Assembly: GCA_030704615.1 (NCBI GenBank)
Contig: CM060734.1
Span: 54,188,001 to 54,252,000, forward strand
Source of the DNA: Takakia lepidozioides
Lineage: Eukaryota > Plantae > Bryophyta
Direction of reading: 5' to 3'
Length of the DNA stretch: 64,000 nt
Position 1 is the first letter of the stretch; every line of letters starts with the position of its first letter. The position numbers were made by a program, and so were the translations under genes. Below are positions 25,110 through 37,150 of this stretch, in pieces. Under the pieces are notes generated by a model. That model was not told the origin of the DNA, ran no database searches, and saw only the letters and a list, made by a program, of their open reading frames with translations.

Positions 25110-26301
25110 GTGAAGAGCACCACGATTCTGCAGAAGCAAACAATTGCTACACCGCAGGCAGTGCAGCTGCTAAGGGAGTTGCGATTGGAGGGGCTGCTAC
25201 GCAAGGACTGGTCCTTGCATCATCGGCAGTATATGATTCAATTTCTTCAGAACTTTGAGCCTTGGACGGGAGTTACCCAGGTGAGGGGAGTAGATATAGA
25301 AATTACTCCCCAGTACCTGCAGCAATTGTTTGATTTGCCATCAGGTCATGTGGATGTGGATGAGCACAGGGCAAGATTGCAGATAGGGAATTTGTTCCAA
25401 GAAGGGAGTTTCTTTAAGACTCAAGGTTACGCTTGTACCAAAGCCAAGTTTCCAGGGCTCAGAGAAGTTGGCCAAATATTGAACGTTCTGTTTGCCATGA
25501 AACAGAACCAACAGTATTTGAGCAGGTCATTCACAGAGGAGATCCTGAAAGCTTTGAGGGGAGAGGATGTAGCTTGGGCGGAGTTAATGTACAATGGTCT
25601 GGTGGACGAGATGAAGAGGTTACAGGGCACTGCTGCTAAGTCTCCGATCATTGTGTCTGGTCCAGTCATTGCCCAAATCATGCATACTGGATACTCGGGA
25701 ACGTAAGGAGATGGGAGTGTTTGAGGCAGTAACCACTGCAATTGAAGAACAGGGCTCTTCACATAGTGAGGGTGGACTGGCAGGGCAACACCAGTCTAAG
25801 AGACAGAAGCGGGGTATGACTGTAGTGGCGGATCCACTGGCTTCACGGAAACCGCACGATGATGTTTCCCAAGCTCTTGTGCAGGATGGGGCACAACAAC
25901 ACAGAGGGCTGTTATTATTGGAAGCACGGCCTTCGGAAAGGGAAGAGGAAGTAAATTCGGTATCACAGCCACCACAGCCAGTTGACTCAGTTTTCTTAGA
26001 GGTTCCACAATTAGAACATGCTGTGACACCACCCCCAATTGTTCTGGACGAAGAAAGGTTGGACATTCCCACTACAGAGCACGTCGTGGCTGAAATTGAA
26101 AAGGGTGACCTTCTCTATGAAAACTCTGGTTTGGTAAGGGAATCAGTGGTTCCAGAGGTGCAGCGCTTGTCCAGGGAAAACCCTGCTGTGCATGTAATAC
26201 CCACACCTGTGACGGAGGTACCAAGGGTAGAATATAAGGACACTGCAACACCTGTGGAGGATGAGGTGGTAGCTATGCGAACACCTGTACTTCCTACCCT
26301 G
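25110..26301 (+). pseudogene. N-terminal part of the extra ORF (Transposase_32/Athila-accessory-like domain + low-complexity linker), in an inverted block, one frameshift
   Basis: QFLQNF..VRGVDIEITPQYLQQLFDLP..LRGEDVAWAELMY..L..GPVIAQI resembles plant retroelement accessory ORFs; ORF 25651..26367 continues it in another frame. Confidence 0.6.
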
Positions 26302-26828
26302 GTCATACACGCTCGGCTTAGCGACAAGTGCTCCATACTCCGTTGGTATCACTGGCGCAACCCGTGACTGTTTTTGCGTTTCAACATGCAAATCGTGCTG
26401 CAATGGTTTGTCATGGATACCACTGTACCCCTTCAACTTATTGGCATTGACTCTTCCCAGCATTTCTTTGTTAATGGTTTGTAACATGGCGGTGTTATTA
26501 TCATACATCTTCTGTATGACATAAGGTCTTTTCCATGGTGATTTAAGCTTAGAAACCTTAATCTTCCCTTTCTTCTGCAACCATAGTACCAAATCTCCCG
26601 TCTTAAAAGTCTTTAATTTACCTTCATCAAACTGATCCTTCCTCTTCATCTGAATTCTGGTCATGTTATCAGCTGCATCAGCACGTACTTCTTCCACATG
26701 GTATAATTCATGTTTCCTGACCTTAATTGAATATTCTAATTCCATTATCCTTCCCCATTCAGTTCTCATGGTAGGTAACAAGAATTCCACTGGAAGTAAA
26801 GCTTCCATACCATAAACTAATTAGAATG
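26302..26828 (-). pseudogene. Integrase C-terminus (GPY/F region)
   Basis: LVYGMEALLPVEF..FKTGDLVL..KLKSPWKRPY.I..VNANKLKGY. No chromodomain follows. Confidence 0.9.
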
Positions 26829-27570
26829 GTATATACCAGTGTTGGGCGGTTCTTGCCTTTGTGAAGGAACCTTCGGTTCCGGTTCCACAAATTTTTGAAG
26901 AGACGGTTCCGGGTCCGGATCCGGTTATTTTTTATTAAGGCGGTTCCGGTCCGGTTCAGGTTCTGACTTTTTAACATGGGGGCGGTTCCGGTTACCGGTT
27001 AGTTGCTGGAAAAAAAACGCCAGTTCCCGGTTAGGTTCCGGTTCTTTTTTAAAAATATATTAAATTCTTTTAATTTTTTATTCTTCTAGAAAATTAGATG
27101 AACTAATCTGATTGGTTCATACTGAGAATTTTCAACTAAAACCAGGGAATTTATTAGTAAAACAGAAGTAAATAAACTTATATGTTTTTTGTGATTGTCT
27201 TTTATGGTATATATAACTAGTTATATACGCATGGTCTCCATTAAAAACGGAAAACCAGAGATTTTATAAGTTGTTGTATGGTGTAGCAAAGAACAACTAA
27301 AACAGACTAACTACATAAGGATCTTAATTCAAAATACAAAACAAATTAAACATGTGTAATTCTATGGTTACCTTTTATGGTGCAGCAAAAGCACAACTAA
27401 AAAAAACTACATAAATTTGTGTTTTATGGATGATGCTTTGTCAATATAGCATATAACAAACTAAGTACACGGGATGTCACTGAAATTTTCAATAAAAATG
27501 ACAAATAAACAAACTCCAATCAAAGGAGTATAGTGTAATATGTTGAACAATTATTTGTCTCTAAGACAAA

Positions 27571-30051
27571 TCAGTCTACCTCAAAGAGGTTTGCCTCTGC
27601 AATCAAGTCCTCATTCTCATCTAAGATGACTTCTTCCCTATCCAAAAACTCTTTCATGGAAGTACTAAAGCAACCAACTCTAGCATCATTTGGCCAATTC
27701 TTGACTACACTCACAAGCATATCAAGGTTTTCAATATTTAACCTGCACCGTCTCAAGTTTGTTATGACACCTGCAATACTAAAAACCCTCTCAGCTTCAA
27801 TCTGAGATCCAACTATGCCCAAAATTAGCCGTGCCAAAAATCCCACATACGGAAAGAGAGACTCGTGTTCTTTCCACCATTTCAAAGGAGCCACGCACTC
27901 ACCTTCATTTATCTTCGTCCTTCTGAAATGTGATAGTTGTTCTCTCACCACTGTCAATGTCATGTCTTCATTGTGGTCATGCACACCAAATAAGGACATC
28001 TCGTCCATTGTGGCAGTGGGCTGTGATTGGGCCGAAGTATCCGGATGTAAGACCTTGAAACACTTTACCAAAAGAGGCTCTAACACCATACTATCATATT
28101 GGGACACAATATGCAAAGCACGCTCTTTGCCCACATATTGTGATACCAATGACAACCCCTTGTAACGTGGGTCAAGCATAAGTGCGAGCATATTGTGAGC
28201 TTTGCGCGATTGAAACCCTTCCAAAAAAGAAAGAAATGGTTCCAAGACATATACCACCTCTCGAGCCATCCGCCATTCCAACAATGTCAACTCTGTTGAG
28301 AAATCCCCCATGCAATGATCCACAGTTGCAGCCCCCCCAGCACTACTTCCTCGCATGCGAATTGTTGTGGCAATGGCTGCATTAAGAGCATCGGACAACA
28401 GCCAAAATCCCCCAGATTGATTCATAATGCACTCATGAACCACAGGCCCTAGAACTGTAGAAATTGATTGGGCAATGGCCCACACTTGTGGACTTGGTAT
28501 GCGAGATTGCAGTGCCAATGAGGTTTGCCTAGAGTAACAAGTGATTATGGCTTGCCTAAACTCCAAAGTCTCTTGGAAGAGGATCACCTTGGAAGCAAAC
28601 CGTGTCTTCACCGGAGTCTTCAGTTTGCGGGGATGAATGCCGCTGTCCACACATGCCTTTGCCCATTCTTGTCTCCCTTTGCCACTTTTTTTGGTCCAAG
28701 TAATGGTTTTTTGCAACTCTGATTGGGCATTTTTTATAGAAACCGATCTCATATCTGCGCATACTTTTGCATCATTTGTTGCATACTGGCAACACTTGGA
28801 CATTGCATGCCCAAAACAGCTACCCACAAATGGAGAATCCAACCCCAAACACGCACATGAGACCACCGAATTCAAAGCATTGGTCAAAGTGGCCAAGTTA
28901 CCTCCCTCATCTTTGACGTAAGCAATAATGCGAGTATTGAGGTCATACTTCACAAGAAGATTGTTGACTTGATGTGCCATGGCAGCCCCAGATGTGTCAG
29001 GTGTCTCAAACATGCCAAGAGTCACATGACATTGCTCCCACTGTTCATTAATAAAGTGCGCTATGATGACAAAAGTGTCAGTTCCCCCTCTTGACATCCA
29101 CAAATCAAAACTCACGGAGCAAGTAGCACAACTTTGAAGAGATGGGGACATGTAGCGCTCTTTCGTCTTCTCTGCCAAGATTGGAATGGCCTCATTCACA
29201 AATGTCCGTCGAGAAGGGAAAACAATCCGAGGATTTTGCCTCAACACCATCCTTCTTAGCCAAGGGGATTCTACCAAAGACAGTGGAACCAACTCCTTTG
29301 CAATGAATAAGACTAAATCCTCATTGAACTGCTTCTGTTGATCATCATTTTGGTTGTATGGAGTGGGGCTCCTAAAAAAAGAAGCTATGTTTCCAGGAGT
29401 GGGGCCGGGCCTCTTTTTGGCTGGCCTACGGGCCTTCTCAGGTCCAAGATTTTCCCTCTCAATCCACCTACGCAAAACAATGTCATGTTCTTGATCCACA
29501 TGCTTTCGAAGGGCAGAGATACCATTGGTTTTATTATAGGTCACAATGCCCTTCTTGCTTTCAGGAGTGACACCAACAGGATGACATAGAACACACCTCA
29601 TTTGTTGTGGATTTGTTATGTCCACTGGAGCAGAGTCTTTTGTTGCATAGAATGCCCATGTCGAAGCAGTGCGATTGTGGGGTTTCCAAAAATCCCGTTG
29701 TTTGTCAAGGATTGGGAGCTGCGCCTCCACATCCAACACCGTGTGTGATGGCGAAACTGTGGAAGATGACATTGCAGCCGAGGCTTGATGAGCTGATGTA
29801 AATGAGGCTTCATGATGAGCATCCTCCGCAACATGGCACTCCACCAAAGCTCTCTCATTATCAACATTCATGTCAAGAACAACTTCCCTTTCTAGTTCAT
29901 CGAAAATATTGGGCTCCATGACATAAAAAGCTTGTGGAACAACTCCTGTGTAAAAGCAATGCAAACAAAGAATCCAAAAGGCATTTAATAATTGTGCACA
30001 ACTCATATATTTACAACTAAAAATGTAAACAACTAAAAAAATAAAGCTCAA
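27571..30051 (-). CDS. hAT transposase, uninterrupted ORF (true start probably internal or spliced)
   Basis: BED-like C..C..H..H, SFDLW (D1), VKDEG (D2), CFGH, KTRF, LDPRYK, WW..FP, and SQIEAERVFS (catalytic E and dimerisation domain). Confidence 0.92.
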   Translation of the reverse strand: MSFIFLVVYIFSCKYMSCAQLLNAFWILCLHCFYTGVVPQAFYVMEPNIFDELEREVVLDMNVDNERALVECHVAEDAHHEASFTSAHQASAAMSSSTVSPSHTVLDVEAQLPILDKQRDFWKPHNRTASTWAFYATKDSAPVDITNPQQMRCVLCHPVGVTPESKKGIVTYNKTNGISALRKHVDQEHDIVLRRWIERENLGPEKARRPAKKRPGPTPGNIASFFRSPTPYNQNDDQQKQFNEDLVLFIAKELVPLSLVESPWLRRMVLRQNPRIVFPSRRTFVNEAIPILAEKTKERYMSPSLQSCATCSVSFDLWMSRGGTDTFVIIAHFINEQWEQCHVTLGMFETPDTSGAAMAHQVNNLLVKYDLNTRIIAYVKDEGGNLATLTNALNSVVSCACLGLDSPFVGSCFGHAMSKCCQYATNDAKVCADMRSVSIKNAQSELQKTITWTKKSGKGRQEWAKACVDSGIHPRKLKTPVKTRFASKVILFQETLEFRQAIITCYSRQTSLALQSRIPSPQVWAIAQSISTVLGPVVHECIMNQSGGFWLLSDALNAAIATTIRMRGSSAGGAATVDHCMGDFSTELTLLEWRMAREVVYVLEPFLSFLEGFQSRKAHNMLALMLDPRYKGLSLVSQYVGKERALHIVSQYDSMVLEPLLVKCFKVLHPDTSAQSQPTATMDEMSLFGVHDHNEDMTLTVVREQLSHFRRTKINEGECVAPLKWWKEHESLFPYVGFLARLILGIVGSQIEAERVFSIAGVITNLRRCRLNIENLDMLVSVVKNWPNDARVGCFSTSMKEFLDREEVILDENEDLIAEANLFEVD

Positions 30052-31859
30052 TGAAAGGGAGTTACAGGCGGGTAATGGTGGCTGGTTGGCAGGTCCCTCC
30101 TACTTTGGGCTCCCTCCCTCTCATGCAGAATCTGCTATAAGAGAAGCCAAAGGGGCTATCTCATCAACCCCCAATTGTATCAAGAATTATAAAATTTTAA
30201 AGAAAGGGAAGATACTTACCAGTGATGATCAATGTGGGCTGGTTGGCGGGCCCCTCTTTGCTTGTGCTCCCTCCAATATAAAATCTACCATAGTGGAGCA
30301 AGGGCTATCAGCCCCTTGGTATATCATCAAAGAAAACAGGAAAAAGAAAAAAAAAATAAAAAAAATGATGATCAATGATTACCATGGACCAAGGGGGCTG
30401 GTTGCAGGTGGGCCCTCCTTGCTCGTCCTCCTAAACTTGTGCACCACATGCCATAGCAGAAAAGGAGGAAGCTGATTAGCTTCATGGTGAACTAAAGCTA
30501 AAAACAGTAAAATAACCAAAAGTGGTGGATGCTTACCAACGTCACTAACTCTACTTGCTACAGCATTGACATCCACTCGATTGCTTAGATCATTCTCTTT
30601 TGAAAAGCCCTCTTCAGTAGCTGAACAGCACTTGGAGACGACTGGATGACTAAATCACTGACAACCAAGACCAGGTTGACTTTCAAGTGAAGACAGCCAG
30701 AATGCAGTGCCACGTGGAGTAGCCAGAAACTATGAACGAGAGAGCCCCTGAAGGAGAGGATGGAAGAGACGGGGGGATGGCTGCTCACATACCTCCTCTC
30801 GCCAGTCAACATTGTTCAAGATTCCCTGACACACAGCGAAAAGAGGAACACCCTCGTACAAAACCTGCATAAGCACCTTATTCAGCTCCACCTGCAGCTG
30901 TCCTACCATCCCACAATACAACTTCTTGGAAATGAACAGTGCGGAGACCCCTCACAACAGGGTGAAAATCAATTCTGCCAATATAATAACCCACAGAATG
31001 GTGAACAAAAGAAAAGGGGGTTACCTCACTCGCTGCAAAACCTGGGTAAATCTGGAAGGAGCTCACTGAGTGCCCGTGGTTCAAACACATTTCCCAAAAG
31101 TATGTGTGCACCTGCCACATATACAGGAACAGTCAGGCGCCGAGGTTCTGTATAAATCTCTGTTGCACGATGAACAACATTGATCATGGCAATAGACACT
31201 GAGGCAAGGAAGCAACCTACTGTCATTACGCCCCAACCAACTTGCTATCCATTATGTGCTGCAAAAGTACAGATTGGTCATACAAAGCTAGCCTGGCTGT
31301 CATCCAGATTGTACAACTAAGCACCGTACAAGAGAGGGGCAGAAGCTGACCTCTTTCTGGGTTAATTCTTCTCGGTTGGTCTGAATTCATCTAGATTATG
31401 TAGCTAGCACAGAAGCGAAGAAGTGGCAAATTTGTTGACCAAAACCTGCAGAATCTATCTCACTGTACAACCGATTTGATCTTCGGGGAGCAGCAGCAGT
31501 TGTTGGTCTATTTCTTCGCTGCTCCAATATATTGTCCAGGTGACTCGATGTGGGCCATTCTGCACTTGCGCTGTCTGAGTCAATACACTTGTCTTGCTGC
31601 TCGCTCTAGATAAGCAAATTACTCATAGGGCCCTCGTTCTGAACAGCACATGGGTAAGCGCATTGATCTTTCGTGTTATGATGCAGGGGCATGCTCTCCG
31701 AGGTGGGATTAATCAGAACAGGAAGGTGAAGAGGGACAGGGAGGGGGTTCTGGAAGGCTAAGCTGCAGCATCAACTTGCACTGGCCTATTAACCAGGATT
31801 AGCCATGCCAGACACAGACCCTGCCTGCAGGGGGGCCTTTCCCTCAGAGAGGGCGTACC

Positions 31860-33245
31860 TCACGCTGGTGAAGCCACGAGAGAAACAAGAGATTGTACTC
31901 ATAAGACGTTGTTTGCCGTAGCCTTGTGGCCATTGACCCCGCGCCCAGTTTGAGCGGGAACAAAAGGAACAGAACCTACCTCCGTCAGGGGCTGACGTTG
32001 GTAGTAAGACTTACCATCGTATAAGGAATTAATCCGGGTTTTCCAGATATCCTCTACAAAACCCTTCACACAAGCATCAATCTGCTGTGTGTGATTTGCC
32101 CAAAAACTAGGCCTCAGGAGGGCCTGGGCTTTTGGCTCAGCCTCGAGACTTTCAAAGTTGGTAAACAGGGGTACAGGCACAATTCCCTTGATAAAATTGA
32201 AGAGAGCCTCTCTTTGGTGAGAGAACCCCGGACAGCGTATCAGAAAATGAATACTGTCTTCAGATTGCCCACAGAACGGACAATTGCACTCTCCCTTTCC
32301 TCTCTGCTTCTGTTTGCTGTTCAAAGGTAGGCTTCCTGCCCTGAGTTTAAATTTCAGTCTAGTGCCGAGAGTGGGTAGACCCTTGAGGTCATCCAAGATG
32401 TCCACCCCCATGTCACTGACTGGAAACAAGTTCAGGGAAGTTCTCTGCCTAACTTCATTTTCATCAGACAATCTCATGGCAACAGACATGGCCTCAGACA
32501 CTACAGCCTCTAAGGCAGATTTATCCAACAGGGTCAAGAATGGCGGATCCAGATCCAGGTCCTTGAGAATCTTTTCTACTCTCTTCTGCCAGGACTTAGC
32601 CTGTTTGACAGGGCGGTCTTGTTTCCAAGATATAGAGTCGATCAACTTAGGATATCTGGTGTTGGGCATATGTTGCAGCTGACCCCACCATCTGACCTTG
32701 AATTCATCTCGTCGGGAGCTTAAGGATGGAATGCCAAACTCACCCCGAACAGCCACATTGGCTGTTTTGGAGCATGCTGACATACACTCCTTAAGCACCC
32801 CCACTTGAATGGATTCTAGAGACTTAGCCTGGTTGGAGTTATCAACCCATACAGCAGATCCGTACTCCAAGGCAGGTCTAATAACGCGACAAAGCATGGT
32901 TTTCTTAACCTCAGAGGTGACCCCTCTGCAGTGGAAAAATTTAGTGAGCCCCAGAGCTTTGCCCTTGCCAGTTTGAACAACTTTCCGGATATGTGCATCC
33001 TAACTACAAACGGAGGAAAACTCAACGCCCAGGTAAGTGTAGGAAGGGAGGACCGGAATCTCTTGGCTACCCCACTGCCACAAGATCACTTCCTCCCTCT
33101 CCTCTGTCGTTGAATGCTACCACTGCACATTTGCTGACATCCAGGAAAAAAACATAAGTGGGTTTCCCTTCTTTTTTCCTTCCCTGAATAATCTGGCTTA
33201 GAGTGAAGATATGATCCACACAGCCCCTGTTTCGCCGAAAGCCGA
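31860..33245 (-). mobile_element. Internally deleted LINE fragment (RTEX/I-like: RT pieces + C-terminal CCHC) inside the hAT element
   Basis: GFRRNRGCVDHIFTL..VFFLDVSK jumps to YLG..IRPALEYGSAVW..LR.G.LPL..CPFC..EDSIHFLIRC. Confidence 0.85.
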
Positions 33246-34248
33246 GAGAAACAAGAGAAAAGAGAAGAGAGAGAAGGTAAGCTGCGAGAGAGGAGGGAGA
33301 AACTAAGGAGGCCAACCACCAGAGGGCCTGTAGGATACGGTAGAACTTGAACCAAAACCAGCACTGTTTTAGGGGGTGTGGGAGCCAAGGAGCTCACGAG
33401 AGAGAGGAAAGAGACTGGTGTGTGCATTTGTGTCTTAGGGTGCGGAAAACCTCATGTAAAGAATCCGTTTATCCTCATAAGAAATTGCCCTTGCATTCAC
33501 TCCATACATATATGCATCGTGAAAATGGAGGAGAGAGACTGAATGAGAAGTTATATACTCTTCGAGACAGTCTGAGCAGAAGTATTACCCGGCGCTGTTC
33601 TGGCACTCTCCCCGCCATGCCTTCGTTCCGTTTTCCTTTGCTTCTTCCTGAATCCGGTCGAGTTGAATCACGACCCCACCAATGTATTGCACAACACAAG
33701 CGTCCGACACGGATTCTCTCCTAAGCTGCTTCTACCAGAATCCACATTACTGTAATCAGGCATACAGCGTGAAACATATCATACTCCCGCTCTCCCCTTC
33801 CCTGCCTTGTTTCTCCTGAAACAAAGTAGAAACGTTGTGACCCAAGCAAATCACACGCCCCTCCCACACTTCCATCTCTCCCCTGTCCGATCCTTCAACG
33901 CAGACGCATGCTACAAAGCCCGAATTCACAGTGAGATGGAGATGGCAAGTCAATGATGTGGCCTTCTGGGACTATTGCAGCACTACGGCGTGGCCGATTA
34001 CCTTCCGCTTCGCCGCATCATGAACCGCGCACGTAGAGACACTTAGGGCTACAGCCCAGGGGTGGAACCGGAACCGGAACCGGAACCCTAAGCCCCAAAC
34101 CCGGTTCCCACACATGTGGTCGTAGCTGGAACCGCCGGTTCCGGTTCCCACACAATCCTGGATTTCCGGTTCCGGTTCCACATAACCGGAACCGGAACCG
34201 GCGGTTACCCGGGGCCCAGGCGGGTAACCGCCCAACACTGGTATATAC

Positions 34249-37150
34249 TTAGTGATGACTTTATATGAAGTCATGTATGACCACAAAGTTGTCAGCAGCT
34301 TTGTATCCCAATCTGTTCTGTTTGCATTGACTATCTTAACCAAAATAGTACATAGTATTTTGTTGGTAGCCTCTGCCTGCCCATTACCCTGTGGGTAATA
34401 TGTTGTACTCTTCCTATGCACAATCATGAACTCTTTAGTCAATAGTTCAACGGTCTCATTAATGAAGTGACTTCCCTGGTCACTGATAAATTCCAGGGGA
34501 CAGCCAAATCGTGTAAGTATGTTCTCATACAAGAACCTTGCGGTGGACTTAGCTGTGTTGTCCCTCAGAGCTTTAGCTTCCACCCACTTTGTAGTATAAT
34601 CAGTGGCTGTGATTATATCTTGTTCTGTGTATTCTTGGCTGGTGGGTTAATTGGTCTAACAAAGTCTAGTCCCCATTTCTGAAATGGTTCAGTAGGCATC
34701 GTAGGATGCAAAGCCATCTTCCCAGATCTTTGCAATGGTCCTAATCTCTGACACTCATCACAACTCTGACAATACTTGTGTACATCCTTGAATAAGTAGT
34801 AGGCCACCAGTAACCTGCAAGTAGTATCTTTCTACTGGTAGTCTCTTCTAAAAAATGACCTCCAGCCACTCCTTTATGAACTTCCTCCAAAACTTTATTT
34901 ACTTCATGGTGGTACAAGCATCGTTTAAGTACTCCATCAGGTCCTAGCTTATACATTCTGCCCCCTACAATAGTATAAGGTAAAGCCTTGATAACGATTC
35001 TCTTCCTCTGCTCCTTTCCATAACTAGGTGGGCACTGACCATGAGTAAGGTAGTATCTGATTGGCCACTGCCAATCTAACCAGTCATCTGCACTTCCCTG
35101 CACCTCCACCGCAAATAAACTCGCATCAGGTAATTGGTCGTCTACTCCTGTGGCGGGCTCTCCTGTTGATAGGCGTGACAAGTGATCTGCCACAAGATGC
35201 AAACGACCAGGCTTGTAAACAACTTCGAACTCAAACTCATGTAAGATTATTAACCACCTTGCTATCCTTCCACTTATCAAAGGTTTATTCACCAGATATA
35301 TCAGAGCCTGGTGATCCACATAAAACATAAACTTTCTTCCCAATAGGTAATGCCTAAATTTCTTGACTGCATAAATCATTGTCAGTGCTTCTCTTTCAGT
35401 TGTGCTATAGTTCATTTCAGTACTGTTCATCAACCTGCTAGCATAGTACACATGTGAATCTATATTTCCTGTAACATTTTGGGCTAACACTGCTCCCAAC
35501 GCTTCTCCTGATGCATCACAGTGAACATGAAATACTACATGCCAGTGAGGGTTAATCAGCACGGGTGTAGTTGTTACTGACAATGTAAGTTCCTCAAAAG
35601 CCTGTTGACATTCAGCTGTCCATGCAAACACTGCATCTTTCTTCAGAAGCTTGCTCAATGGTGCTGCTATCTGTGCATACCGTCTGACAAATCTTCTGTA
35701 ATAACTGGTTTGTCCAAGGAATCTCCTTAGACTCTTAACATTTACTGGTGGTGGAGAGGCTTTAATGGCCTCTGTCTTTCTGGGATCCACAAGAAGTCAT
35801 CTCTTACACACAATGTGTCCCAAAAGCACCCCTGAGTTAACATAGAAAGTACACTTCTCTGGATTCAGGCCTAGACCTCTCATCCTGCATCTGGCCAAAC
35901 ATAACTCCAATTTATGCAAGTGCTCATTCTTAGAGTTGTACACACTGAAATCATCCAAGAACACCTGCATGAAATCATCCAGATACTCATGAAAAGATTC
36001 ACTTATCACTCTCTGAAAGGTTGCTGGTGCATTACAAAGTCCAAAAGGCATGACTTTGTATGCATAAGCACCCCAGTCTGTGATGAAAGCTGTCTTTCCC
36101 TGGTCTTCTTCTGCCACTTGCACTTGATTATAACCACTGAGCCATCCATGAATGAGTACATCTCATGGCCTGCCACAGTGTCCAATACCGCTTCTGTGAA
36201 TGGCAAAATGAAAGGATCTTTCTTCGTGCAAGCATTCAACTTCTTATAGTTCACACAAACTCTCAGTTTACCATTCTTCTTGGGAACTATCAGAATGGGT
36301 GACAACCAAGTTGTATACTCTATCGGGTATATAAACTTAGCCTCAGCCAACTTCTTGATCTCTTCTCCAACCTTCTGTGCATAGTTGGGATTCATTCTGT
36401 ACCTTGCTTGTTTGATTGGTACTGACCCTAGTTCCAGTTCAATCTTATGCTGATAGATCTCAGGTGGTATCCCTTTTAGATCCTTGTAGCTCCAAGCAAC
36501 TACATCTCTGTATTTGATGAACAAACTCTTAGCTTCCTCAAAGAATTCTGGCTCCAAATCAGCCCCTACCTTCACCATCCTCGGTTCCTCTACAGTTCCC
36601 ACATTCACTTCTCTCACCTGCTCATCAGCTGTGATTGTCCAACCAGTCACCACTTCATCCTGTAAACTCACAATGGCTGGTTCCTCTAGGATTTCCATTT
36701 CTCTCTCTCTTTCTTCATAGAAATATGGTGGGTAACTGCTTGTTTCACCCTCAATTGGTGTTGCTGTCACTACACCACAACAGATACCTTTTAAACAACT
36801 TAGGCCTTCCAGCTGCATCTCTGCAACCTGCTCCCACTCTGGGTGTGCAGCGAACATGGTAGCTTCCTGCTCCTCATCAAGTCCTCCCCTCCAGTCATAC
36901 TCCCTGACCCCTCGAGGTCTTCTCGTAGCAGGTAATCTACTAGATTTCTTAGTGGTGATTTGTATCTTGTGCGTCCCATCATGCACAGTTAGTAACTGGG
37001 AATTCCAGTCATGGAATACCCTGGCCTGTTTCAGCCACGGTCGACCCAACAATAAGGAGTAAGCTTCTATGACTTCATCCATTTTCAACACAGTTACTAT
37101 GATCATAAAGATCATCTTTTGAATTTGTATCTTAACTCCTCTTATCAATC
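34249..37150 (-). pseudogene. Gypsy pol: protease C-terminus, RT, RNase H, integrase core (frameshifted)
   Basis: LLLGRPWL; KLRVCVNYKKLN; MPFGLCNAPATFQR; FLDD; CDASG..YSTTERE..DHQAL..ADHLSR; H..H..C..C; WGLDF; ISDQGSHF; YYPQGNGQAE. Confidence 0.96.

Larger units (their letters stand above)
26837..34240 (-). mobile_element. hAT DNA transposon inserted in the gypsy integrase
   Basis: Perfect 15-bp TIRs CAGTGTTGGGCGGTT / AACCGCCCAACACTG, an 8-bp TSD GTATATAC (26829-26836 and 34241-34248), and GGTTCC/GGAACC subterminal repeats at both ends. Confidence 0.97.

Noticed and set aside
33972-34240. Unusual integrase C-terminus with GSGSG/EPEPE/FRFRF repeats
   Set aside because: This is read-through into the hAT subterminal GGTTCC repeats; the real integrase resumes at 26828.
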